DNA from: Escherichia coli
GTDB lineage: Bacteria; Pseudomonadota; Gammaproteobacteria; Enterobacterales; Enterobacteriaceae
Direction: 5' to 3' (one strand)
Assembly: GCF_001677475.2 (NCBI RefSeq)
Contig: NZ_CP015229.1
Length of the DNA: 64,000 bases
Below the pieces are notes generated by a model. That model was not told the origin of the DNA. It saw nothing but the letters and a program-made list of their open reading frames with translations, and searched no databases. The translations under genes and the position numbers were made by a program. Shown piece after piece: positions 22,272-31,976 of the stretch. Positions within the stretch are counted from its first letter, which is position 1; every line of letters begins with the position of its first letter.

Positions 22272-23294
22272 ATGTTTCAGCAGCAAAAAGACTGGGAAAC
22301 AAGAGAAAACGCGTTTGCTGCTTTTACCATGGGACCGCTGACTGATTTCTGGCGTCAGCGTGATGAAGCAGAGTTTACTGGTGTGGATGACATTCCGGTG
22401 CGCTTTGTCCGTTTTCGCGCACAGCACCATGACCGGGTGGTAGTCATCTGCCCGGGGCGTATTGAGAGCTACGTAAAATATGCGGAACTGGCCTACGACC
22501 TGTTCCATTTGGGGTTTGATGTCTTAATCATCGACCATCGCGGGCAGGGACGTTCCGGTCGCCTGTTAGCCGATCCGCATCTCGGGCATGTTAATCGCTT
22601 TAATGATTATGTTGATGATCTGGCGGCATTCTGGCAACAGGAGGTTCAGCCCGGTCCGTGGCGTAAACGCTATATACTGGCGCACTCGATGGGCGGTGCG
22701 ATCACCACATTATTTCTGCAACGCCATCCTGGGGTATGCGACGCCATTGCGCTAACTGCGCCAATGTTTGGGATCGTGATTCGTATGCCGTCATTTATGG
22801 CACGGCAGATCCTCAACTGGGCCGAAGCGCATCCACGTTTCCGCGATGGCTATGCAATAGGCACCGGGCGCTGGCGCGCGTTGCCGTTTGCTATCAACGT
22901 ACTGACCCACAGCAGACAGCGATATCGACGTAACTTACGCTTCTATGCTGATGACCCAACGATTCGCGTCGGTGGGCCGACCTACCATTGGGTACGCGAA
23001 AGTATTCTGGCTGGCGAACAGGTGTTAGCCGGTGCGGGTGATGACGCCACGCCAACGCTTCTCTTACAAGCTGAAGAGGAACGCGTGGTGGATAACCGCA
23101 TGCACGACCGTTTTTGTGAACTCCGCACCGCCGCGGGCCATCCTGTCGAAGGTGGACGGCCGTTGGTAATTAAAGGTGCGTACCATGAGATCCTTTTTGA
23201 AAAGGACGCAATGCGCTCAGTCGCGCTCCACGCCATCGTTGATTTTTTCAACAGGCATAACTCACCCAGCGGAAACCGCTCTACAGAGGTTTAA
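22272..23294 (+). CDS. pldB: Lysophospholipase L2
   Basis: 340-aa ORF, alpha/beta hydrolase motif GHSMGG. Confidence 0.9.
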   Translation: MFQQQKDWETRENAFAAFTMGPLTDFWRQRDEAEFTGVDDIPVRFVRFRAQHHDRVVVICPGRIESYVKYAELAYDLFHLGFDVLIIDHRGQGRSGRLLADPHLGHVNRFNDYVDDLAAFWQQEVQPGPWRKRYILAHSMGGAITTLFLQRHPGVCDAIALTAPMFGIVIRMPSFMARQILNWAEAHPRFRDGYAIGTGRWRALPFAINVLTHSRQRYRRNLRFYADDPTIRVGGPTYHWVRESILAGEQVLAGAGDDATPTLLLQAEEERVVDNRMHDRFCELRTAAGHPVEGGRPLVIKGAYHEILFEKDAMRSVALHAIVDFFNRHNSPSGNRSTEV

Positions 23295-23301
23295 ATTTCT
23301 T

Positions 23302-24102
23302 ATGTACCAGGTTGTTGCGTCTGATTTAGATGGCACGTTACTTTCTCCCGACCATACGTTATCCCCTTACGCCAAAGAAACTCTGAAGCTGCTCACCGCG
23401 CGCGGCATCAACTTTGTGTTTGCGACCGGTCGTCACCACGTTGATGTGGGGCAAATTCGCGATAATCTGGAGATTAAGTCTTACATGATTACCTCCAATG
23501 GTGCGCGCGTTCACGATCTGGATGGTAATCTGATTTTTGCTCATAACCTGGATCGCGACATTGCCAGCGATCTGTTTGGCGTAGTCAACGACAATCCGGA
23601 CATCATTACTAACGTTTATCGCGACGACGAATGGTTTATGAATCGCCATCGCCCGGAAGAGATGCGCTTTTTTAAAGAAGCGGTGTTCAAATATGCGCTG
23701 TATGAGCCTGGATTACTGGAGCCGGAAGGCGTCAGCAAAGTGTTTTTCACCTGCGATTCCCATGAACAACTGCTGCCGCTGGAGCAGGCGATTAACGCTC
23801 GCTGGGGCGATCGCGTCAACGTCAGTTTCTCTACCTTAACCTGTCTGGAAGTGATGGCGGGCGGCGTGTCGAAAGGCCATGCGCTGGAAGCAGTGGCGAA
23901 GAAACTGGGCTACAGCCTGAAGGATTGTATTGCGTTTGGTGACGGGATGAACGACGCCGAAATGCTGTCGATGGCGGGGAAAGGCTGCATTATGGGCAGT
24001 GCGCACCAGCGTCTGAAAGATCTGCATCCGGAGCTGGAAGTGATTGGTACTAATGCCGACGACGCGGTGCCGCATTATCTGCGTAAACTCTATTTATCGT
24101 AA
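23302..24102 (+). CDS. yigL: HAD-family sugar/pyridoxal phosphate phosphatase YigL
   Basis: ORF 23176-24102; start at MYQVVASDLDGTLL gives 266 aa. Confidence 0.85.
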   Translation: MYQVVASDLDGTLLSPDHTLSPYAKETLKLLTARGINFVFATGRHHVDVGQIRDNLEIKSYMITSNGARVHDLDGNLIFAHNLDRDIASDLFGVVNDNPDIITNVYRDDEWFMNRHRPEEMRFFKEAVFKYALYEPGLLEPEGVSKVFFTCDSHEQLLPLEQAINARWGDRVNVSFSTLTCLEVMAGGVSKGHALEAVAKKLGYSLKDCIAFGDGMNDAEMLSMAGKGCIMGSAHQRLKDLHPELEVIGTNADDAVPHYLRKLYLS

Positions 24103-24177
24103 TCGTTCTTTATTTGGTCAGTTGTCAACCTGATACTTCGCTACAATGGATACTCGTTAATCAAAGAGTTTTCCATT

Positions 24178-25077
24178 GTGGCGCTACTTATCATCACCAC
24201 GATTCTGTGGGCCTTCTCCTTTAGCTTTTATGGCGAGTACCTTGCGGGGCACGTCGATAGCTATTTTGCGGTGCTGGCGCGCGTTGGCCTGGCGGCACTC
24301 GTTTTTCTGCCGTTTCTGCGTACCCGTGGCAATAGCCTGAAAACAGTCGGCCTGTATATGCTGGTGGGCGCGATGCAGCTCGGCGTGATGTATATGCTGA
24401 GTTTCCGCGCCTATCTCTACCTGACGGTCTCTGAACTGCTGCTGTTTACCGTGCTGACGCCGCTCTACATCACGCTGATTTATGACATTATGAGCAGACG
24501 TCGTCTGCGCTGGGGCTATGCCTTTAGCGCCTTGCTGGCGGTGATTGGTGCCGGGATTATTCGCTATGATCAGGTCACCGACCATTTCTGGACTGGCTTG
24601 TTGCTGGTGCAACTCTCCAATATCACTTTTGCCATCGGCATGGTGGGTTACAAACGCCTGATGGAAACTCGCCCGATGCCGCAGCATAACGCCTTTGCGT
24701 GGTTCTATCTTGGCGCGTTCCTGGTGGCGGTAATTGCATGGTTCTTGCTGGGCAATACGCAGAAAATGCCGGAAACAACGCTGCAATGGGGCATTCTGGT
24801 ATTTCTTGGCGTGGTGGCTTCAGGGATTGGCTACTTTATGTGGAACTACGGCGCGACGCAGGTGGACGCCGGAACGCTCGGCATTATGAACAATATGCAC
24901 GTTCCGGCAGGGCTGCTGGTTAACCTGGCTATCTGGCACCAACAGCCGCACTGGCCAACGTTTATTACAGGCGCGCTGGTGATCCTGGCCTCACTGTGGG
25001 TGCATCGTAAGTGGGTCGCTCCGCGCTCTTCACAAACGGCAGATGATCGCAGGCGTGATTGCGCGCTGAGCGAATAA
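24178..25077 (+). CDS. yigM: EamA/DMT-family transporter YigM
   Basis: 299-aa membrane ORF with GTG start. Confidence 0.8.
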   Translation: MALLIITTILWAFSFSFYGEYLAGHVDSYFAVLARVGLAALVFLPFLRTRGNSLKTVGLYMLVGAMQLGVMYMLSFRAYLYLTVSELLLFTVLTPLYITLIYDIMSRRRLRWGYAFSALLAVIGAGIIRYDQVTDHFWTGLLLVQLSNITFAIGMVGYKRLMETRPMPQHNAFAWFYLGAFLVAVIAWFLLGNTQKMPETTLQWGILVFLGVVASGIGYFMWNYGATQVDAGTLGIMNNMHVPAGLLVNLAIWHQQPHWPTFITGALVILASLWVHRKWVAPRSSQTADDRRRDCALSE

Positions 25078-25918
25078 ACGCTTCCGTAACTGGCTGACGC
25101 TGCTCTCCATCGCGCACGGCGGCGTAAAGTCGGCTCCACAAGCCTTCGCCCAGGGTTTTGGTCACCACCAGAACCTGGCGTTCAAAACTCTCTACTACCC
25201 AATGCGGTAGCGCGGCAATACCCATCCGCGCGGCAACCATCTGAATCAACAATAAGGTGTTATCGACGCTTTTCAGTGACGGGCTGACGCCTGCCGGCTG
25301 AAGAAAATGCCGCCAGACATCCAGTCGACTACGCTGTACCGGATAAATCAACAGCGTCTCGCTGGCTAGATCTTCCGGTGTAATTCGCGTTTTCGCCGCC
25401 AGTGGATGGTCAGGTGCTAACACCAGACGCACTTCATAATCGAACATCGGCGAATAATGCAGGCCACTGCGCGGCAGAATATCGGAGGTCATCACCAGAT
25501 CCAGCTCGCCCTGCTGCAACGCAGGCTGCGGGTCAAACGTTACGCCTGATTTAAAATCCATCTCGACCTGCGGCCAGTTCTTATGGAAATTTTCTAACGC
25601 GGGTGTCAGCCACTGAATACAGCTATGGCACTCAATGGCAATACGCAGGCGCGTTTGCTGCGGTTCATTGCAGGCTTGCAGTGCCTGACTGATTTGCGGC
25701 AGTACCTGGTTTGCCAGTTGCAATAGGATTTCTCCCTGCGGCGTAAAACGTAGCGGCTGGCTTTTACGCACAAATAGCCGGAAGCCAAGGCGTTGTTCCA
25801 GATCGCTAAACTGGTGAGACAGGGCGGATTGCGTCTGATGCAACGTCGCCGCAGCGGCTGCGAGCGAGCCGCAATTCCGCAACGCTTGTAGCGTTTTCAG
25901 GTGTTTTACTTCGATCAT
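24965..25918 (-). CDS. metR: LysR-family transcriptional activator MetR
   Basis: 317-aa [40 protein letters not shown]; divergent from metE. Confidence 0.9.
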   Translation of the reverse strand: MIEVKHLKTLQALRNCGSLAAAAATLHQTQSALSHQFSDLEQRLGFRLFVRKSQPLRFTPQGEILLQLANQVLPQISQALQACNEPQQTRLRIAIECHSCIQWLTPALENFHKNWPQVEMDFKSGVTFDPQPALQQGELDLVMTSDILPRSGLHYSPMFDYEVRLVLAPDHPLAAKTRITPEDLASETLLIYPVQRSRLDVWRHFLQPAGVSPSLKSVDNTLLLIQMVAARMGIAALPHWVVESFERQVLVVTKTLGEGLWSRLYAAVRDGEQRQPVTEAFIRSARNHACDHLPFVKSAERPTYDAPTVRPGSPARL

Positions 25919-26035
25919 GAAAGTCCTTCACTTCGGCATGAATAATTTGCGCTTGAGGAATATACAGTAACCGCCAATTATGGATGTGTAAACATCTGGA
26001 CGGCTAAATACTAAAAATTCCATAAGGGGCATATA
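25919..26035. promoter_or_regulatory. metR/metE divergent promoter region with MetJ box-like repeats and MetR site
   Basis: AACATCTGGACGGCT resembles tandem met boxes (AGACGTCT consensus); position between metR and metE. Confidence 0.5.
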
Positions 26036-28297
26036 ATGACAATTCTTAATCACACCCTCGGTTTCCCTCGCGTTGGCCTGCGTCGCGAGCTGAAAAAAGC
26101 GCAAGAAAGTTATTGGGCGGGGAACTCCACGCGTGAAGAATTACTGGCAGTAGGGCGTGAATTGCGTGCTCGTCACTGGGATCAACAAAAGCAGGCGGGT
26201 ATCGACCTGCTGCCGGTGGGCGATTTTGCCTGGTACGATCATGTTCTGACCACCAGCCTGCTGCTGGGTAACGTTCCGGCGCGTCATCAGAATAAAGACG
26301 GTTCGGTGGATATCGACACCCTGTTCCGTATTGGTCGCGGTCGTGCGCCAACTGGTGAACCTGCGGCGGCGGCAGAAATGACCAAATGGTTTAACACCAA
26401 CTATCACTACATGGTGCCGGAATTCGTTAAAGGCCAACAGTTCAAACTGACCTGGACGCAGCTGCTGGATGAAGTAGACGAGGCGCTGGCGTTGGGTCAC
26501 AAGGTGAAACCTGTGCTTCTGGGGCCGGTTACCTGGCTGTGGCTGGGTAAGGTGAAAGGTGAACAGTTTGACCGCCTGAGCCTGCTGAACGACATTCTGC
26601 CGGTTTATCAGCAGGTTCTGGCAGAACTGGCCAAACGTGGTATTGAGTGGGTACAGATTGACGAACCGGCGCTGGTGCTGGAACTGCCGCAGGCGTGGCT
26701 GGATGCGTATAAACCTGCTTACGATGCACTCCAGGGGCAGGTGAAACTGCTGCTGACCACCTATTTTGAAGGTGTAACGCCAAACCTTGACACGATTACT
26801 GCGCTGCCTGTTCAGGGGCTGCATGTGGACCTTGTACATGGTAAAGATGACGTTGTTGAACTGCACAAGCGTTTGCCTTCTGACTGGTTGCTGTCTGCGG
26901 GTCTGATCAATGGTCGTAACGTCTGGCGCGCCGATCTCACCGAGAAATATGCGCAAATTAAGGACATTGTCGGCAAACGTGATTTGTGGGTGGCATCTTC
27001 CTGCTCACTGCTGCATAGCCCCATCGACCTGAGCGTGGAAACGCGTCTTGATGTAGAAGTGAAAAGCTGGTTTGCCTTCGCCCTACAAAAATGCCATGAA
27101 CTGGCACTGCTGCGCGATGCGCTGAACAGTGGTGACACGGCAGCTCTGGCAGAGTGGAGCGCCCCAATTCAGGCGCGTCGTCACTCAACCCGCGTACATA
27201 ATCCGGCGGTAGAAAAGCGTCTGGCAGCGATCACCGCCCAGGACAGCCAGCGTGAGAATGTCTATGAAGTGCGTGCCGAAGCTCAGCGTGCGCGTTTTAA
27301 ACTGCCAGCGTGGCCGACCACCACGATTGGTTCTTTCCCGCAAACCACGGAAATTCGTACCCTGCGTCTGGATTTCAAAAAGGGTAATCTCGACGCCAAC
27401 AACTACCGCACGGGCATTGCGGAACATATCAAGCAGGCCATTGTTGAGCAGGAACGTTTAGGACTGGATGTGCTGGTACATGGCGAGGCTGAGCGTAATG
27501 ACATGGTGGAATACTTTGGCGAGCACCTCGACGGGTTTGTCTTTACGCAAAACGGTTGGGTACAGAGCTACGGTTCCCGCTGCGTGAAGCCACCGATTGT
27601 TATTGGTGACGTTAGCCGCCCGGCACCGATTACCGTGGAGTGGGCGAAGTATGCGCAATCGCTGACCGACAAACCGGTGAAAGGGATGCTGACCGGCCCG
27701 GTGACGATTCTCTGCTGGTCGTTCCCGCGTGAAGATGTCAGCCGTGAAACCATCGCCAAACAAATTGCGCTGGCGCTGCGTGATGAAGTGGCGGACCTGG
27801 AAGCCGCAGGAATTGGCATCATCCAGATTGATGAACCGGCGCTGCGCGAAGGTTTACCGCTGCGTCGCAGCGACTGGGATGCCTATCTCCAGTGGGGCGT
27901 GGAGGCTTTCCGTATCAACGCCGCCGTGGCGAAAGATGACACACAAATCCACACTCACATGTGTTACTGCGAGTTCAACGACATCATGGATTCGATTGCT
28001 GCACTGGACGCAGACGTCATCACCATCGAAACCTCGCGTTCTGACATGGAGTTGCTGGAGTCGTTCGAAGAGTTTGATTATCCGAATGAAATCGGTCCAG
28101 GCGTCTATGACATTCACTCGCCAAACGTACCGAGCGTGGAATGGATTGAAGCCTTGCTGAAGAAAGCGGCAAAACGCATTCCGGCAGAGCGCCTGTGGGT
28201 CAACCCGGACTGTGGCCTGAAAACGCGCGGCTGGCCAGAAACCCGCGCGGCACTGGCGAACATGGTGCAGGCGGCGCAGAATTTGCGTCGGGGATGA
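26036..28297 (+). CDS. metE: Cobalamin-independent methionine synthase
   Basis: 753-aa [32 protein letters not shown]. Confidence 0.95.
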   Translation: MTILNHTLGFPRVGLRRELKKAQESYWAGNSTREELLAVGRELRARHWDQQKQAGIDLLPVGDFAWYDHVLTTSLLLGNVPARHQNKDGSVDIDTLFRIGRGRAPTGEPAAAAEMTKWFNTNYHYMVPEFVKGQQFKLTWTQLLDEVDEALALGHKVKPVLLGPVTWLWLGKVKGEQFDRLSLLNDILPVYQQVLAELAKRGIEWVQIDEPALVLELPQAWLDAYKPAYDALQGQVKLLLTTYFEGVTPNLDTITALPVQGLHVDLVHGKDDVVELHKRLPSDWLLSAGLINGRNVWRADLTEKYAQIKDIVGKRDLWVASSCSLLHSPIDLSVETRLDVEVKSWFAFALQKCHELALLRDALNSGDTAALAEWSAPIQARRHSTRVHNPAVEKRLAAITAQDSQRENVYEVRAEAQRARFKLPAWPTTTIGSFPQTTEIRTLRLDFKKGNLDANNYRTGIAEHIKQAIVEQERLGLDVLVHGEAERNDMVEYFGEHLDGFVFTQNGWVQSYGSRCVKPPIVIGDVSRPAPITVEWAKYAQSLTDKPVKGMLTGPVTILCWSFPREDVSRETIAKQIALALRDEVADLEAAGIGIIQIDEPALREGLPLRRSDWDAYLQWGVEAFRINAAVAKDDTQIHTHMCYCEFNDIMDSIAALDADVITIETSRSDMELLESFEEFDYPNEIGPGVYDIHSPNVPSVEWIEALLKKAAKRIPAERLWVNPDCGLKTRGWPETRAALANMVQAAQNLRRG

Positions 28298-28334
28298 TGA
28301 ATATTAACGAGTCACTGTAAATTGCAGTACGATA

Positions 28335-28365
28335 ATGGCTTCCAGCACTGGAAGCCATTTTGCTA
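28335..28365 (+). terminator. metE rho-independent terminator
   Basis: Hairpin ATGGCTTCC-AGCACT-GGAAGCCAT followed by TTT. Confidence 0.6.
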
Positions 28366-28390
28366 TGTGTGCTGGGTATTAAAAGGATTC

Positions 28391-29287
28391 TCAGGAACAG
28401 AAAATTAATTGCGGATTTCTTAAATATTCCATGCACCACTGGCAGGCTTTGCCCATACCATCGGAACGAGCGGCAAGAAATAACTTGGTGGCGTGTTTAT
28501 GTTCGCGCATTGGCTTTTTAAGCAATTTACCGCTGTTTAATAATGGCAATGCCAGATGATGTGGAATATAGCCAATACCGACGTTTTGTTCTATTAAGGC
28601 GATTGCCGTAGCGAAGTCAGGAACAAAAATGGGTTTTTGTCCTTCCAACAGCCAGGCTTGCATCGGGGGAAAGTTAACGGAGGTATCGCGGATACAAACC
28701 GCCGGATAATGACGCAATTCACTGTTTTCTAATGGATGCCGCTTCGCTGCCAGTGGGTGGAGTGGGCTGACGACAAAATCCCATTCCATTTGTCCGATCG
28801 GTTCGCTAATGATGCCTTCACTGCTTGGCACTGCATGAGGAGCACCGTAGACCAGATCGGCACGCTTACTGTACAGAGCATCCCAGCAGCCGTTGTATAC
28901 CTCAAGATCAACCGTCAGCGTTGTTGATGTGAATTGCCGTTCAAAATCTCGAATAAATGCCACCAGCAAATCACCAGGAATAATATTGTTCACCGCAATT
29001 GTTAGTTCACGCTCAATACCATCGTGAATCAGCACTGTGTTGCGCTTTAATGCTTCCAGGTCGCCAAGAATAGTTTTGCTATGTTCGATGAAGTAACTCC
29101 CCGCCGGAGATAATTCAATATAGCGTCCCTTACGAATGAACAGTTCAACGCCCAGGCTCTCTTCCGCTTTCTTGATGGTGTAACTGATGGCGGAAGGGAC
29201 TTTATTTAACTGCTCGGCTGCGGTGGTAATGCTCTGGTGTCTGGCGACCAGATGAATAACACGAAGCGTTTCGTCTGAGATGAACAT
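28391..29287 (-). CDS. LysR-family transcriptional regulator (island)
   Basis: 298-aa ORF; N-terminal HTH LVARHQSITTAAEQLNKVPSAISYTIKKAEESLGVELFIR. Confidence 0.85.
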   Translation of the reverse strand: MFISDETLRVIHLVARHQSITTAAEQLNKVPSAISYTIKKAEESLGVELFIRKGRYIELSPAGSYFIEHSKTILGDLEALKRNTVLIHDGIERELTIAVNNIIPGDLLVAFIRDFERQFTSTTLTVDLEVYNGCWDALYSKRADLVYGAPHAVPSSEGIISEPIGQMEWDFVVSPLHPLAAKRHPLENSELRHYPAVCIRDTSVNFPPMQAWLLEGQKPIFVPDFATAIALIEQNVGIGYIPHHLALPLLNSGKLLKKPMREHKHATKLFLAARSDGMGKACQWCMEYLRNPQLIFCS

Positions 29288-29364
29288 AAGGCTCCCTGGT
29301 CAGTGGTAAAGTGGCTGAATCTCTCCAGATTCAGCCGTAATCATTGCTTGAGTATACTCAGGAA

Positions 29365-30588
29365 TTAGCGGCGTTGACTTGCCCGACTGAGAATCGCATA
29401 CGCGATACATGCCACCAGAATCGAGTCTACCGAAGGGATCGTCGTCAGGGTGAATAAGCCTTTGACGGTCATAAAGCCAACCGCTGCGCCTATGATCCAT
29501 GCCGCGAATGTCAGCACTTTAATCTGTGACTCCTGGGCTAACACTGACTCTTGATAGCCATTACGGCGATAAAGGAAAAAGTCAGCGATATAAATTCCGG
29601 CAACGGGTGGCGTGGCGATACCGAGGAACAGCAGAAACGGAATAAACCACGCCATAATATCCAGACTGCCTACGATGGCGGAAAGGATACCCAGCGCCAC
29701 GGTAATCTGCCATTTTGGAAAGCGGGTAAGCAGTGTGGAAACCACCAGCGTGCCCTGGAACATATTGCCCGCGTTACCGGTGACGCAGGCGAAAATCAAC
29801 AACAGCGCCGCGGGCAGAACCGCACCGAATACCGCCATAGCACCCAGTAAAGATCCCTGACCACTAATGGCGCTCGGCGTTGCACCCGCCCAGTAGAGCA
29901 GAGGGTAGGCAACCAGAAACGTCACGCTTGCGGCAATCAGCGCATGTTTGCGGTTATGCACAAAACTACCGAAATCAGGCAGTGTGGCAACCAGCACAAT
30001 AATGGTGCCAACAACGGTGGAAACGGCGACACCCGTATTCATCTCCACAATCGCCGCTGGTGCTGTCACTTCGGTATGGGTTGCCACATAGAGGATGTAA
30101 CACAGCACCAGCGCGATAACCGGCACGGCAACCTGGGCAATTTTTCCCAGAACGGCAAAACCAAATGCCGTAGAGGCGATAAAAATGACACAGCCAGCCG
30201 CCACTAACAGTGCTAGTGGAACTTCCAGTCCATGTTGAGCCAGTAAGTCATGTACCGAATGACCAAACATATTGGCGGTAACGGCAATCCAGCCGAACAG
30301 ACTTATCGCCATCAAAATGTTAATGGCGATGGCCCCTTTTTCGCCAAACGAATATTTCACAATGCCATACGTTGGCAGGCGGGCTTTTTCTCCCACGCTA
30401 ATAGTGATGGCTGAAAGTAAGGTCAGAATGACGCCGCCTAACAATACGACGCTAATTAAACTGCCGCTGGAAAGTTGATTGCCGAGGCTTGAGGATGACA
30501 ACAGCACAGGTGTGACGGCAATACCCAACAAAATCATGGCAATACGCAATCCTGATGCCGTATTCAGACTCTCTTCTTTTTTACGCAT
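29365..30588 (-). CDS. NCS1-family (CodB-like purine/cytosine-type) permease (island)
   Basis: 407-aa polytopic membrane ORF; CodB-like segments incl. GIYIADFFLYRRNGY. Confidence 0.8.
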   Translation of the reverse strand: MRKKEESLNTASGLRIAMILLGIAVTPVLLSSSSLGNQLSSGSLISVVLLGGVILTLLSAITISVGEKARLPTYGIVKYSFGEKGAIAINILMAISLFGWIAVTANMFGHSVHDLLAQHGLEVPLALLVAAGCVIFIASTAFGFAVLGKIAQVAVPVIALVLCYILYVATHTEVTAPAAIVEMNTGVAVSTVVGTIIVLVATLPDFGSFVHNRKHALIAASVTFLVAYPLLYWAGATPSAISGQGSLLGAMAVFGAVLPAALLLIFACVTGNAGNMFQGTLVVSTLLTRFPKWQITVALGILSAIVGSLDIMAWFIPFLLFLGIATPPVAGIYIADFFLYRRNGYQESVLAQESQIKVLTFAAWIIGAAVGFMTVKGLFTLTTIPSVDSILVACIAYAILSRASQRR

Positions 30589-30613
30589 AGTATGTTCCCT
30601 TTAAAAATGCGCG

Positions 30614-31003
30614 TTACACAGTATGAAAATGCCCGGTGTATTTGCGCCAGCTACCCAGTTCTGTAATTTCCCGTTGGCCTTCTGTGAGCCAGTTTTCAGC
30701 CAGTACACCGAGCACTTCGCTACCATCGGCAAGTTTGATTTTGCCTATTGCCAGCCCGGCAGGTTCGCTCATTAACAGAGCGGCAAAACTGGCCAGCGGT
30801 AGTTGCCAAATTTCTACGTCGACGTGTGTTCCACCTTCATTCACGCGAATCATTCCTGGATGGCGATCGTTAATACTCCACAGCCGGTAATGGGCGTCAG
30901 TTCTGTCTTCACGGACAAAAATGCCGCCCGCTTTTTGCATATTTGGGTTAAGTTCCAGGCCGCGCATCAGTGTTCCGTTAACGGCTAAAAGCGTTGTAGT
31001 CAT
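30614..31003 (-). CDS. Small protein resembling the allophanate hydrolase C-terminal (GGCT-like) domain (island)
   Basis: 129-aa ORF; LLAVNGTLMRGLELN...EIWQLPLASFAALLMSEPAGLAIGKIKLADGSEVLGVLAE pattern; recognised from memory of the domain, not searched. Confidence 0.5.
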   Translation of the reverse strand: MTTTLLAVNGTLMRGLELNPNMQKAGGIFVREDRTDAHYRLWSINDRHPGMIRVNEGGTHVDVEIWQLPLASFAALLMSEPAGLAIGKIKLADGSEVLGVLAENWLTEGQREITELGSWRKYTGHFHTV

Positions 31004-31019
31004 TATGTTCTCCAGAAAA

Positions 31020-31976
31020 TTAAAGGGTTATCCATGTACCGCTCTGATGCGCCAGGGCCGCTTTTATGGTTTGCGGTGAGGTAATCAGGCCGCTGGCCTG
31101 TTTGCCTTGTTGCTGGCTGGTATTGATGAAATCAACAATGGCTTCCACTTTGGGTTGCATACTGCCGACACCAAATTGACCTTCCCGCAACAGTGTTTGC
31201 GCTTCGGCAACGCTAATGGCGTCGAGCCACTGTTGTTGTGGTGTACCAAAGTTAATCGCCACTTTTTCTACTCCGGTGGGTATCACCAGCAGATCCGCAC
31301 CTAACTGACTGGCGAGCAGCGCGGAGGCCAGATCTTTATCGATCACGGCTTCCACACCTTTCAGTTGTTGCCCGTCTCGCACCACCGGAATGCCGCCGCC
31401 GCCGCAGGCAATAACCAGATATCCCTGTCGCACCAGATGAGCGATGGTGTTGTGTTCAATAATTTCCAGTGGCGCAGGAGAGGGAACCGTACGCCGCCAC
31501 CCGCGCCCGGCATCCTCCATCAGAGTCCAGCCGAGCTGCTGCTGGCGTTGTTGGGCCGTTGCTTCATCGAGAAACGCGCCAATCGGTTTACTGGGGCTGG
31601 CGAAAGCATCGTCATGTGGGCTAACTCGCGTTTGTGTCACTAGCGCAATTACCGGTTTGTTTATGCCACGGCGAGCGAGTTCGTTATGCAGCGCCTTCTG
31701 GAACATGTAGCCAATTGCGCCTTGTGTATCACCCACGGCGTAATCAAGCGGAACCGGAGAAACTTCGTTACAAGCAAGTTCAGAGCGACGCAGAATAAAG
31801 CCCACCTGCGGTCCATTACCGTGGGTTAGCACCAGATCCCATCCGGCTTCAACCATATCAACGATATGCTGCACGCTTTCCATCACTGCAACATATTGAT
31901 CGGGAATACTATTGTGTTGATCGTCTTGAATGAGCGCATTGCCGCCAACCGCGACAACAGCCAGTGGCTTAACCAT
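31020..31976 (-). CDS. Carbamate kinase (island)
   Basis: ORF 31020-32306; start at internal MVKPLAVVAVGGNAL (318 aa) overlapping the upstream gene stop by 8 nt; amino-acid-kinase fold motifs. Confidence 0.85.
   Translation of the reverse strand: MVKPLAVVAVGGNALIQDDQHNSIPDQYVAVMESVQHIVDMVEAGWDLVLTHGNGPQVGFILRRSELACNEVSPVPLDYAVGDTQGAIGYMFQKALHNELARRGINKPVIALVTQTRVSPHDDAFASPSKPIGAFLDEATAQQRQQQLGWTLMEDAGRGWRRTVPSPAPLEIIEHNTIAHLVRQGYLVIACGGGGIPVVRDGQQLKGVEAVIDKDLASALLASQLGADLLVIPTGVEKVAINFGTPQQQWLDAISVAEAQTLLREGQFGVGSMQPKVEAIVDFINTSQQQGKQASGLITSPQTIKAALAHQSGTWITL

Noticed and set aside
24965-25077. ~113-bp 3' overlap between convergent yigM and metR ORFs
   Set aside because: Probably real but conserved in Escherichia as far as I recall; not a novel signal.
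26141-26956. 271-aa minus-strand ORF inside metE
   Set aside because: Antisense shadow ORF within a well-supported coding gene. Similar antisense ORFs inside recQ (19393-20100), uvrD (11879-12397), ubiB (41975-42601), pepQ (52531-53517), fadA/fadB (49954-50967) and xerC (8746-9228) were rejected for the same reason.
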